From: Asterias rubens
Lineage: Eukaryota
Direction of reading: 5' to 3'
Assembly (NCBI RefSeq): GCF_902459465.1
Contig: NC_047081.1
Span: 186,001 to 250,000 of the forward strand
Length of the DNA: 64,000 bases
Shown: piece by piece, positions 49,475 to 61,789 of the stretch
Layout: each line of letters opens with the position of its first letter
Numbering within the stretch: position 1 is the first letter of the stretch
Position numbers and translations under genes: made by a program
Notes under the pieces: generated by a model
Databases searched by the model: none
Seen by the model: the letters and a program-made list of their open reading frames with translations, nothing else
What the model was told of the DNA's origin: nothing

Positions 49475-52400
49475 CTAGCTCCCAGTACTTGGGAATATCT
49501 GTGTTTTCCTGGCACATTTCCACATTGCATCCAAAATGCGTGAGAGGCCCAGCTCCTTAGACTTGTCCAGTCCTCTCTGTATTCGGTTTTTGACAACTCC
49601 TACGAATTCCTTGTTGCTTAACTTCCCATCATCTAGGAAATAAAAACAAAAAAGTGAAATAAATTGTGTTAGTTCAGAGATTTTGTATATATTGTGTGTT
49701 CATATACACTCTTTCTGAGATACTTAGTCAGGGCTGGTTCTAATCAAACACCTCTTTCAAGTGAGAGTGTTTCTCAACAATGCTACCAAACAATTGTTGT
49801 TTTTAATCAATCAGAAAAGATAGATAGATTCAAGTGGGTGCCTTGTTATGACGTACCAAGAGGAAGGCCTCTGATTGGTCATAAATAAATGTGCAGTTAT
49901 CGTTGGTTAAAAGTAAACGTCAAGGTAATGTATTTCTGAAACGAGACCCTACTCACCATTTTCATCAAAGAGGGTAAATACAATGTCTAGTACCCTGTCT
50001 GTCAGCTGTACATGTGCAACCATGTTCCCAACATGCTTCAAGGTTTCTGTTCAAAGATGGATGGAAGTACCAATAAATGAAAACAGTCTGAATATCGAGA
50101 GCTTGAAGGACAAAAGCTTTGGGTTTTTTAAAGGTTTATTACTTTACTTTTGTATGCAAGTCGCCAGACACACAAGGCCTGAAGGCCATTTCAAGGAGTG
50201 GGCTACAATCAACTATTTTTCCAGGGGCTGTGCCACCTACTCCTGGGGCTGAAACAGGTTTACCCCCTTTACAGTCCATGCGTATGTAGGCTTGGGTATC
50301 ATCCATCGGAAGCCTGGCTGGTAGAGCAGAAAGCACTACCTCCCCAATTTTACAAAGCAATCAACGTTAAATGTCTTGCTGAAGGACACAAGTGTCACAA
50401 CCGGGACTTGAACCCACACTCTGTAGATCAAACACCAGAGCTTGAATCTGGTGCTCTTAGCCATGACACGTCATAAAAGCACAGAAACAGACCATAATTC
50501 CACAGAGTGAGTAGCTTACCTTGATCAATAGCTGCACCAGCCACGTGGTAAAATGATAACGCTGTATCTACATCATGTATGCTACTCAGAAAACGCTGAA
50601 GGTCCATAAACTCCTGCAGTGTGATTCCCTACAGTCAATAATACAAAGATGGTAAATGTGTAAATACCACCTTGCATAAAATACCCACTACTACACTGTT
50701 TGACATTTGGGACAATCTCTTGAATTGGCGCGTGATGACATGCATTGGGTCAATAAAGCCTATAAAAGGGCTTTACTAAAAAAGAAGTCCTAAACAATTA
50801 TGAAATACCGAGTTCCACAAGGCACTCTGCATTTCTGTACAACCATTACCATATCATTGTGTTGATGAAATCCTATCCTATCTTGCATGAGGCATTCCTT
50901 GCAAAAATGTCAGATCTCAACAAATTTTTAGTAAGGCACAATTTTTGGCACTTTCCTGTGTCCATTTTGGGCTTCATAAAGATTTGTTTACAACCCCTTT
51001 AAGCAAATCTGAGAAACGTAGAGGTCAAAGTTGAAAAGTAAAGATACTTACATGTCCCTTTGCATCTTCGGCAAACTTCTTCTTGACCCTCTTCCTCATC
51101 CTTAATTTTCTTGGTTTTGGAATCTGATCGGCGTAGACCAGGAGGAAGTTAGCCAGGTTCAGCTCAGTGATTTTACCATTGATCGGCTCATAGCGTTCAA
51201 ACTGTAAAAGAGAGAAAATGCAGTATGAAGTCCTTTTCTGCTTCCAGGGCCCAATTTCATCAAGCTGTTTAGCAGAAAATTCTACTTAGCAAATTTCTAT
51301 GCTGAGCATAAACTGAGTGGGGCACCAATTTCAACAATGTTAAGTTTATGGAACTTTGGTTGGTAATCGATTTCTGTGCTTACATTTTCTGTGCTTCACC
51401 AGTTGTTATGCTTACAGGCTTCATGAAGTTGGGCCCTGATGTGAGCAAACATCACACCAATCCTGAACGATCTACTTTGGCTACCAACGAAGGACAGAAT
51501 TATTTTCAAGATCCTTGCGTATGTCTATCACTCATCAAAATGCACTGCATCACAATATCTCTCAGAAAGACTCCAACCCTATCTTTTTTACCGCCAGTCT
51601 TTGAGATTTTAACCCCTGACCAAAACATCATGAGGTGAACGAGCGTTTACATCTGCTGCCCCATCATTAGCTTGTCGGATCATGTTTAACTTTCTCTTAG
51701 CTCTGTTCAAAACTTCTCTCAAGACTCATTATAAATGCTCGTTATAATTCTTTCTAGTGAAATTGTTAAATTTTGGCACCACTTTGAAGAAAAGGCACAG
51801 GTTGACCATGGTTTCTACCTCCATGGGTTGACCATGGTTTCTACCTCCACGGGTTGACCATGGTTTCTACCTCCACGGGTTGACCATGGTTTCTACCTCC
51901 ATGGGTTGACCATGGTTTCTACCTCCACGGGTTGACCATGGTTTCTACCTCCACGGGTTGACCATGGTTTCTACCTCCACGGGTTGACCATGGTTTCTAC
52001 CTCCACGGGTTGACCATGGTTTCTACCTCCACGGGTTGACCATGGTTTCTACCTCCACGGGTTGACCTACCTCCATTTTCAGAATCTCTTCCTTCAGATG
52101 TTTGTGAAATTTTCCAAAGGATTCAAAAGTCAACTTCTTGTCCAGGTTTGGGCCAAAGAAGAAAGTGTCGAGAGAGCTGTTGAAGGGTTTGTTCAGAGTG
52201 TTTCCAGTGGTCTTACGATCACGATGTTTCTTGCCTGTTGCTGTTTGAGCTCTGATGACATCCGTCACCTACAAGTGAGAACATTGGGGAAATATGAAGT
52301 TGTTAAATAGAGTGAATGGCTGCCTCTATTGATCTCAGCACTGAGGTGTGTATGCCTGTAATTTCCCACAGGACACGGTGGCAATGACCTCTGTTGCCCC

Positions 52401-55400
52401 TGGTATTGGCCTTGGTGCCCCAATGGACCATTCTTCAAGAACTATCAATTGAAAACTTAACTGTACACACAAGTGCTAAAGACCATGCGGGTGTCTTTAC
52501 AAGACGCTGTAGTTTCATTGATAACAATAATATTTCATTGCTTAAAATGTTTCAGTGGAAATAATCACACAGGAAGTCCCAGTGACTGTTGCAAGAATCC
52601 CAGTGGCTGTTGGTTGAAACAACCTCCATAAATACTTCATGAAGTGTATTTCTAAAATCATGTTATGAAGATTTCCTCACCTGTTGGAATTCATCATAAG
52701 AAACATCGCCATCCCCGTTGATGTCAAAGAGACGAAAAGCTATCTCAAAATGTCTCTCGGGAGCTGTCAAATAAAACATACAAATGGTAAAAAAAAAAAA
52801 ACTGGAAAACAATCTAACGTTTTTTACACACTATATCAAACATTATGTAAAATTACAAGTTTTAGATATTCTGATGTGATTTGTAGCAAGATCCGTAGCC
52901 GAGCTGTCTAGTTCATTGGACTTGAGTTCCAGCAGCCAAGTTGTAAATGTCTTAGGCCTGGTCACATTTCACGCAATTTGCGAAAAGGCAGCAAATTTTG
53001 TGCACAACAGAAAACAATACTGATTGTTGGCATCAATTGTAAAATATAACCACTGCTTTTAAAACAAACTTACTTGACAAGACTGTGATGAGAAACATGT
53101 AGTCAGCAAAGGAGATCAATCCGCACTCGCCCAACATCCCAAATATACTATCCTCTCCAAACTTCTGGTTCTTCAAGTTTAGTTTCTACACAACACAGAA
53201 AAGAATTTAAAGAAAATCAGTTAGTTCTTTCTTCAGTTACAAAGAACTAACTGTGTCAGTACTTCTCTGGAAATATAAGTGGAAAGAAATGCTTATAGAT
53301 GCAGCAGTGTATAGATGCAGCAGTGTGTAGATGCAGCAGTGTATAGATTCAGCAGTGTGTAGATGCAGCAGTGTATAGATGCAGCAGTGTGTAGATGCAG
53401 CAGTGTGTAGATGCAGCAGTGTGTAGATGCAGCAGTGTATAGATGCAGCAGTGTATAGATGCAGCAGTGTGTAGATGCAGCAGTGTATAGATGCAGCAGT
53501 GTGTAGATGCAGCAGTGTATAGATGCAGCAGTGTATAGATGCAGCAGTGTGTAGATGCAGCAGTGTGTAGATGCAGCAGTGTATAGATGCAGCAGTGTAT
53601 AGATGCAGCAGTGTATAGATTCAGCAGTGTATAGATGCAGCAGTGTGTAGATGCAGCAGTGTATAGATGCAGCAGTGTATAGATGCAGCAGTGTGTAGAT
53701 GCAGCAGTGTATAGATGCAGCAGTGTATAGATGCAGCAGTGTGTAGATGCAGCAGTGTGTAGATGCAGCAGTGTGTAGATGCAGCAGTGTATAGATGCAG
53801 CAGTGTGTAGATGCAGCAGTGTGTAGATGCAGCAGTGTGTAGATTCAGCAGTGTATAGATGCAGCAGTGTGTAGATGCAGCAGTGTATAGATGCAGCAGT
53901 GTATAGATGCAGCAGTGTATAGATGCAGCAGTGTATAGATGCAGCAGTGTATAGATGCAGCAGTGTGTAGATGCAGCAGTGTATAGATGCAGCAGTGTGT
54001 AGATGCAGCAGTGTGTAGATGCAGCAGTGTGTAGATGCAGCAGTGTGTAGATGCAGCAGTGTGTAGATGCAGCAGTGTATAGATGCAGCAGTGTATAGAT
54101 GCAGCAGTGTATAGATGCAGCAGTGTATAGATTCAGCAGTGTGTAGATGCAGCAGTGTATAGATGCAGCAGTGTATAGATGCAGCAGTGTGTAGATGCAG
54201 CAGTGTGTAGATGCAGCAGTGTATAGATTCAGCAGTGTGTAGATGCAGCAGTGTATAGATGCAGCAGTGTGTAGATGCAGCAGTGTATAGATGCAGCAGT
54301 GTATAGATGCAGCAGTGTATAGATGCAGCAGTGTATAGATGCAGCAGTGTATAGATGCAGCAGTGTGTAGATGCAGCATTGTGTAGATGCAGCAGTGTAT
54401 AGATGCAGCAGTGTATAGATGCAGCAGTGTGTAGATGCAGCAGTGTATAGATGCAGCAGTGTATAGATGCAGCAGTGTATAGATGCAGCAGTGTGTAGAT
54501 GCAGCAGTGTATAGATGCAGCAGTGTGTAGATGCAGCAGTGTGTAGATGCAGCAGTGTATAGATGCAGCAGTGTATAGATGCAGCAGTGTGTAGATGCAG
54601 CAGTGTATAGATGCAGCAGTGTATAGATGCAGCAGTGTGTAGATGCAGCAGTGTATAGATGCAGCAGTGTATAGATGCAGCAGTGTGTAGATGCAGCAGT
54701 GTATAGATGCAGCAGTGTATAGATGCAGCAGTGTGTAGATGCAGCAGTGTATAGATTCAGCAGTGTGTAGATGCAGCAGTGTATAGATGCAGCAGTGTGT
54801 AGATGCAGCAGTGTGTAGATGCAGCAGTGTGTAGATGCAGCAGTGTGTAGATGCAGCAGTGTATAGATGCAGCAGTGTGTAGATGCAGCAGTGTGTAGAT
54901 GCAGCAGTGTATAGATGCAGCAGTGTGTAGATGCAGCAGTGTATAGATTCAGCAGTGTGTAGATGCAGCAGTGTATAGATGCAGCAGTGTGTAGATGCAG
55001 CAGTGTGTAGATGCAGCATTGTATAGATGCAGCAGTGTGTAGATGCAGCAGTGTATAGATGCAGCAGTGTGTAGATGCAGCAGTGTATAGATGCAGCAGT
55101 GTATAGATGCAGCAGTGTATAGATGCAGCAGTGTGTAGATGCAGCAGTGTATAGATGCAGCAGTGTATAGATGCAGCAGTGTGTAGATGCAGCAGTGTAT
55201 AGATGCAGCAGTGTATAGATGCAGCAGTGTGTAGATGCAGCAGTGTATAGATGCAGCATTGTATAGATGCAGCAGTGTATAGATGCAGCAGTGTATAGAT
55301 GCAGCAGTGTGTAGATGCAGCAGTGTATAGATGCAGCAGTGTATAGATGCAGCAGTGTATAGATGCAGCAGTGTGTAGATGCAGCAGTGTATAGATGCAG

Positions 55401-58400
55401 CAGTGTATAGATGCAGCAGTGTATAGATGCAGCAGTGTATAGATGCAGCAGTGTATAGATGCAGCAGTGTATAGATGCAGCAGTGTGTAGATGCAGCAGT
55501 GTATAGATGCAGCAGTGTGTAGATGCAGCATTGTGTAGATGCAGCATTGTGTAGATGCAGCAGTGTATAGATGCAGCAGTGTATAGATGCAGCAGTGTGT
55601 AGATGCAGCAGTGTATAGATGCAGCAGTGTATAGATTCAGCAGTGTGTAGATGCAGCAGTGTATAGATGCAGCAGTGTGTAGATGCAGCAGTGTGTAGAT
55701 GCAGCAGTGTATAGATGCAGCAGTGTATAGATGCAGCAGTGTATAGATGCAGCAGTGTGTAGATGCAGCAGTGTGTAGATGCAGCAGTGTGTAGATGCAG
55801 CAGTGTATAGATGCAGCAGTGTATAGATGCAGCAGTGTGTAGATGCAGCAGTGTATAGATGCAGCAGTGTATAGATTCAGCAGTGTGTAGATGCAGCAGT
55901 GTATAGATGCAGCAGTGTGTAGATGCAGCAGTGTGTAGATGCAGCAGTGTGTAGATGCAGCAGTGTATAGATGCAGCAGTGTATAAATGCAGCAGTGTAT
56001 AGATGCAGCAGTGTGTAGATGCAGCAGTGTGTAGATGCAGCAGTGTATAGATGCAGCAGTGTGTAGATGCAGCATTGTGTAGATGCAGCAGTGTATAGAT
56101 GCAGCAGTGTATAGATGCATCAGTGTGTAGATGCAGCAGTGTGTAGATGCAGCAGTGTATAGATGCAGCAGTGTGTAGATGCAGCAGTGTGTAGATGCAG
56201 CAGTGTGTAGATGCAGCAGTGTATAGATGCAGCAGTGTGTAGATGCAGCAGTGTGTAGATGCAGCAGTGTATAGATGCAGCAGTGTGTAGATGCAGCATT
56301 GTGTAGATGCAGCAGTGTATAGATGCAGCAGTGTATAGATGCATCAGTGTGTAGATGCAGCAGTGTGTAGATGCAGCAGTGTATAGATGCAGCAGTGTGT
56401 AGATGCAGCAGTGTGTAGATGCAGCAGTGTGTAGATGCAGCAGTGTATAGATGCAGCAGTGTGTAGATGCAGCAGTGTGTAGATGCAGCAGTGTATAGAT
56501 GCAGCAGTGTGTAGATGCAGCAGTGTATAGATGCAGCATTGTGTAGATGCAGCAGTGTATAGATGCAGCAGTGTGTAGATGCAGCAGTGTGTAGATGCAG
56601 CAGTGTGTAGATGCAGCAGTGTGTAGATGCAGCAGTGTGTAGATGCAGCAGTGTGTAGATGCAGCAGTGTATAGATGCAGCAGTGTGTAGATGCAGCATT
56701 GTGTAGATGCAGCAGTGTATAGATGCATCAGTGTGTAGATGCAGCAGTGTATAGATGCAGCATTGTGTAGATGCAGCAGTGTATAGATGCAGCAGTGTGT
56801 AGATGCAGCAGTGTGTAGATGCAGCAGTGTGTAGATGCAGCAGTGTGTAGATGCAGCAGTGTATAGATGCAGCAGTGTATAGATGCAGCAGTGTATAGAT
56901 GCAGCAGTGTGTAGATGCAGCAGTGTATAGATGCAGCAGTGTATAGATGCAGCAGTGTGTAGATGCAGCATTGTGTAGATGCAGCAGTGTATAGATGCAG
57001 CAGTGTATAGATGCATCAGTGTGTAGATGCAGCAGTGTATAGATGCAGCATTGTGTAGATGCAGCAGTGTATAGATGCAGCAGTGTGTAGATGCAGCAGT
57101 GTGTAGATGCAGCAGTGTGTAGATGCAGCAGTGTGTAGATGCAGCAGTGTGTAGATGCAGCAGTGTGTAGATGCAGCAGTGTATAGATGCAGCAGTGTGT
57201 AGATGCAGCATTGTGTAGATGCAGCAGTGTATAGATGCATCAGTGTGTAGATGCAGCAGTGTATAGATGCAGCATTGTGTAGATGCAGCAGTGTATAGAT
57301 GCAGCAGTGTGTAGATGCAGCAGTGTGTAGATGCAGCAGTGTGTAGATGCAGCAGTGTGTAGATGCAGCAGTGTATAGATGCAGCAGTGTGTAGATGCAG
57401 CAGTGTATAGATGCAGCAGTGTATAGATGCAGCAGTGTATAGATGCAGCAGTGTATAGATGCAGCAGTGTATAGATGCAGCAGTGTGTAGATGCAGCAGT
57501 GTATAGATGCAGCAGTGTATAGATGCAGCAGTGTGTAGATGCAGCAGTGTGTAGATGCAGCAGTGTATAGATGCAGCAGTGTGTAGATGCAGCAGTGTAT
57601 AGATGCAGCAGTGTATAGATGCAGCAGTGTGTAGATGCAGCAGTGTATAGATGCAGCAGTGTGTAGATGCAGCAGTGTGTAGATGCAGCAGTGTATAGAT
57701 GCAGCAGTGTGTAGATGCAGCAGTGTGTAGATGCAGCAGTGTATAGATGCAGCAGTGTGTAGATGCAGCAGTGTATAGATGCAGCAGTGTGTAGATGCAG
57801 CAGTGTATAGATGCAGCAGTGTATAGATGCAGCAGTGTATAGATGCAGCAGTGTGTAGATGCAGCAGTGTATAGATGCAGCAGTGTATAGATGCAGCAGT
57901 GTATAGATGCAGCAGTGTATAGATGCAGCAGTGTATAGATGCAGCAGTGTATAGATGCAGCAGTGTATAGATGCAGCAGTGTATAGATGCAGCATTGTGT
58001 AGATGCAGCAGTGTATAGATGCAGCAGTGTGTAGATGCAGCAGTGTGTAGATGCAGCAGTGTATAGATGCAGCAGTGTGTAGATGCAGCAGTGTATAGAT
58101 TCAGCAGTGTGTAGATGCAGCAGTGTATAGATGCAGCAGTGTGTAGATGCAGCAGTGTATAGATGCAGCAGTGTATAGATGCAGCAGTGTATAGATGCAG
58201 CAGTGTATAGATGCATCAGTGTGTAGATGCAGCAGTGTATAGATGCAGCATTGTGTAGATGCAGCAGTGTATAGATGCAGCAGTGTATAGATGCAGCAGT
58301 GTATAGATGCAGCAGTGTATAGATGCAGCAGTGTATAGATGCAGCAGTGTATAGATGCATCAGTGTGTAGATGCAGCAGTGTATAGATGCAGCATTGTGT

Positions 58401-61278
58401 AGATGCAGCAGTGTATAGATGCAGCAGTGTGTAGATGCAGCAGTGTGTAGATGCAGCAGTGTGTAGATGCAGCAGTGTGTAGATGCAGCAGTGTATAGAT
58501 GCAGCAGTGTATAGATGCAGCAGTGTATAGATGCAGCAGTGTATAGATGCAGCAGTGTATAGATGCAGCAGTGTGTAGATGCAGCAGTGTGTAGATGCAG
58601 CAGTGTATAGATGCAGCAGTGTGTAGATGCAGCAGTGTGTAGATGCAGCAGTGTATAGATGCAGCAGTGTATAGATGCAGCAGTGTATAGATGCAGCAGT
58701 GTGTAGATGCAGCAGTGTATAGATGCAGCAGTGTGTAGATGCAGCAGTGTGTAGATGCAGCAGTGTATAGATGCAGCAGTGTATAGATTCAGCATTGTGT
58801 AGATGCAGCAGTGTATAGATGCAGCAGTGTATAGATGCAGCAGTGTATAGATGCAGCAGTGTGTAGATGCAGCAGTGTATAGATGCAGCAGTGTGTAGAT
58901 GCAGCAGTGTGTAGATGCAGCAGTGTATAGATGCAGCAGTGTGTAGATGCAGCAGTGTGTAGATGCAGCAGTGTATAGATGCAGCAGTGTATAGATGCAG
59001 CAGTGTGTAGATGCAGCAGTGTGTAGATGCAGCAGTGTTTAGATGCAGCAGTGTGTAGATGCAGCAGTGTATAGATGCAGCAGTGTGTAGATGCAGCAGT
59101 GTGTAGATGCAGCAGTGTATAGATGCAGCAGTGTGTAGATGCAGCAGTGTATAGATGCAGCAGTGTATAGATGCAGCAGTGTATAGATGCAGCAGTGTGT
59201 AGATGCAGCAGTGTATAGATGCAGCAGTGTGTAGATGCAGCAGTGTGTAGATGCAGCAGTGTATAGATGCAGCAGTGTATAGATGCATCAGTGTGTAGAT
59301 GCAGCAGTGTATAGATGCAGCAGTGTGTAGATGCAGCAGTGTGTAGATGCAGCAGTGTATAGATGCAGCAGTGTATAGATGCATCAGTGTGTAGATGCAG
59401 CAGTGTGTAGATGCAGCATTGTGTAGATGCAGCAGTGTATAGATGCAGCAGTGTATAGATGCATCAGTGTGTAGATGCAGCAGTGTATAGATGCAGCAGT
59501 GTATAGATGCAGCAGTGTATAGATGCAGCAGTGTGTAGATGCAGCAGTGTATAGATGCAGCAGTGTATAGATGCAGCAGTGTATAGATGCAGCAGTGTAT
59601 AGATGCAGCAGTGTATAGATGCAGCAGTGTATAGATGCAGCAGTGTATAGATGCAGCAGTGTATAGATGCAGCAGTGTATAGATGCAGCAGTGTTTAGAT
59701 GCAGCAGTGTGTAGATGCAGCAGTGTATAGATGCAGCAGTGTGTAGATGCAGCAGTGTGTAGATGCAGCAGTGTGTAGATGCAGCAGTGTGTAGATGCAG
59801 CAGTGTATAGATGCAGCAGTGTATAGATGCAGCAGTGTATAGATGCAGCAGTGCATAGATGCATTCACCACAAAACATCATACTACTGGCTGGCTTAGTG
59901 CATCTATCATTCAAAACCACAGTAGATGATATTGAATGGTCAGAAATATGAAATCATATTGCATTAATAGATTATCCCTAGTGAGATCAGATACAGTACT
60001 AAGAATCTTTTACAAACTGAACTTTTACATTCACCAAACAACAATTTCATGGTCTGAAATAAAATTAGAATTCTAGAACTTTCCACATACCTTTGCTTCT
60101 ACTCTCTTGAACTGATCTAGTCCCAGACCTTTTAACAAAAAGAGAACAAAATGGTTATGAGTGAAAGTTATTAGCATTCTTGGCAACAAGCCCCATAAGT
60201 TCAAGCCTAGTAGTGACTGAAGTTTGCAAGAGTTAATCCTTGATTAAGAATTATAAAGCAGTCTCACCTTCTGGTTGTTTCTCGTCTGGAGTGATGCTTC
60301 GTATGAAATCTTCTGCCGTCATAAAGATTTCTGAAATGCCATCATCCGTGAAAACCTTCAACGTTGCAAAGTAACGGAATATCTTGTCTGGAGTTGAGTA
60401 GGCACGAATGCGATTTTCATACTCGATAATCTTCATGACATAAAAAAATAAAAAAATATATTATTGTTCTCTGCTTTACAGATGTGACACATTATTCATA
60501 TTTCTTTTACATCTTTCTGGTAAAAGCGAGATTAAGCTACTTAAAGTTAGGGTTTACCTTTCTATCTCTGAATCCAGGTCCTTTCTTTTTCTTCTCAACT
60601 TCTTCTCCTTCCTCAACACTCTGGTCCTCTGCTGCCATAGCAACATCTTCTTCTGATTTCTGCACCTCTTGGGCATGTATCGTCTGTGCCCTGAGACCAA
60701 AATAGTATTCATCATCAGTACATTAAATAAAATGTTTTAAACCTCAAAGAAAACAGAGATCAATGGAACAGCATTCACAGTATTTGTAAGTATTGCTGAT
60801 TATCTGTCATCTATTCCAAGTTTTTTCCGGGCAAGTCTAAATCTTTCTTGGCAAATCTTTTTTAGAGCAAGTCTTTAGTCCATTTTCGCCAAGTCTTACA
60901 CTCGGGTTACCAACTCTCTGCTCTGTTTTTTTTTTTGGTATAAAAGAATTCTCATCCAGCATGTCCAGTTTTATCGGACGCAACCCCACTCATCACCACC
61001 CCAACCTCGACCCCGCCCCCCTTTTACTGGTATCCTCCCTGACCCTTGAGTCCTTAACTTTCACGAAATCAGTCACAATCATTAGGCACGGCCTAAAGTG
61101 CTAACCTTTCCCACATGATCGCTGCGGTAACCACACCAGCCCCGCCCCCAAAGAGGGACAAGATGTGTTTGATACGAGATGGAGACTGGGTGACGACACT
61201 AGGGGGCGCACTTGACAGGCTCCTCCATCGCTGCTGAACGAGGACTTGAAGGGTCCGTCGTGCTACAGATCTGAACAT
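49475..61278 (-). CDS. MICU1: Mitochondrial calcium uptake protein 1, 11 coding exons, 468 aa
   Basis: Exons 61278-61106, 60690-60558, 60430-60268, 60128-60091, 53185-53074, 52763-52681, 52268-52071, 51201-51052, 50628-50520, 50046-49957, 49632-49475 (1407 nt). Motifs [51 protein letters not shown]-hands [14 protein letters not shown] and [14 protein letters not shown]. Confidence 0.96.
50150..50470 (-). mobile_element. tRNA-derived SINE; partial copies at ~46640-46862, ~42270-42390, ~4945-5020, ~14830-14865
   Basis: Minus-strand head with B-box GGTTCAAGTCC, then GTGTCCTTCAGCAAGACA. The 3' body (AAGTCGCCAGACACACAAGGCCTGAAGGCC...GGCTGGTAGAGCAGA) is shared among copies. Confidence 0.8.
51245..51438. 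mobile_element. MITE with CAGGGCCCAA TIR; related decayed copy at ~33640-33846
   Basis: CAGGGCCCAATTTCAT ... ATGAAGTTGGGCCCTG. Confidence 0.65.
51801..52066. repeat. 26-bp minisatellite, 10 copies, abutting the MICU1 exon 7 donor
   Basis: (GTTGACCATGGTTTCTACCTCCA[C/T]GG)10 from 51801 to 52060. Confidence 0.97.
53294..59863. repeat. 16-bp minisatellite, ~410 copies (6.57 kb), MICU1 coding intron 4
   Basis: (TAGATGCAGCAGTGT[A/G])n. The 16-nt phase is conserved at variant positions checked from 53349 to 59464. Confidence 0.99.
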
Positions 61279-61789
61279 CCTGTTTGGAAACCGTCACTTC
61301 ACCTAATCCATCAATAAAGATTATACGATTGAAACAACATTTAATGATGAGCTAAACAAAATAAAAGTAAATTTTACAACTATATTTTCGGTTACAAAAT
61401 ATCACCATTATAAATAAGCAAGTAAACCATCTACGCACATGAAATACCCTCAGAATACACAATGAAAAACCATCAAACCTACATTGTGTATAACAAACAT
61501 TTCAATTCCGTTGTTAGAGAGTTAAAAGGGTGAATTGTACCTGATCAAAACATCACCACAACCCGTCCAAAGTGTGCATTTCTCTTCTCTGTACTTTGTT
61601 AAATGGTACCCTTTTCAAAATTAAGTTTACTACACATAGTAAATAGGTAATTTTTGTTATTGAATTGGGGTACCAGTCTAAATGGGCAGGGTGTTATGTC
61701 TGGTTCATCTGCCTCTAATTCAGCCACTGTGCATTCTATGCGCTCGAGGTATAGCGGAAGAACCAGACTACAACCAACTTGACAGCAAA

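Noticed and set aside
53349-59920. Giant His/Cys-rich ORFs (up to 1116 aa) that look like a metal-binding repeat protein
   Set aside because: They are translations of a 16-bp unit with no minus-strand stop, so all three frames are open. They lie inside a MICU1 intron, and the start codons are chance variants.
60035-60053. Candidate MICU1 micro-exon with a strong acceptor
   Set aside because: 19 nt (frameshifting) and only ~36 nt from the upstream donor, too short for an intron.
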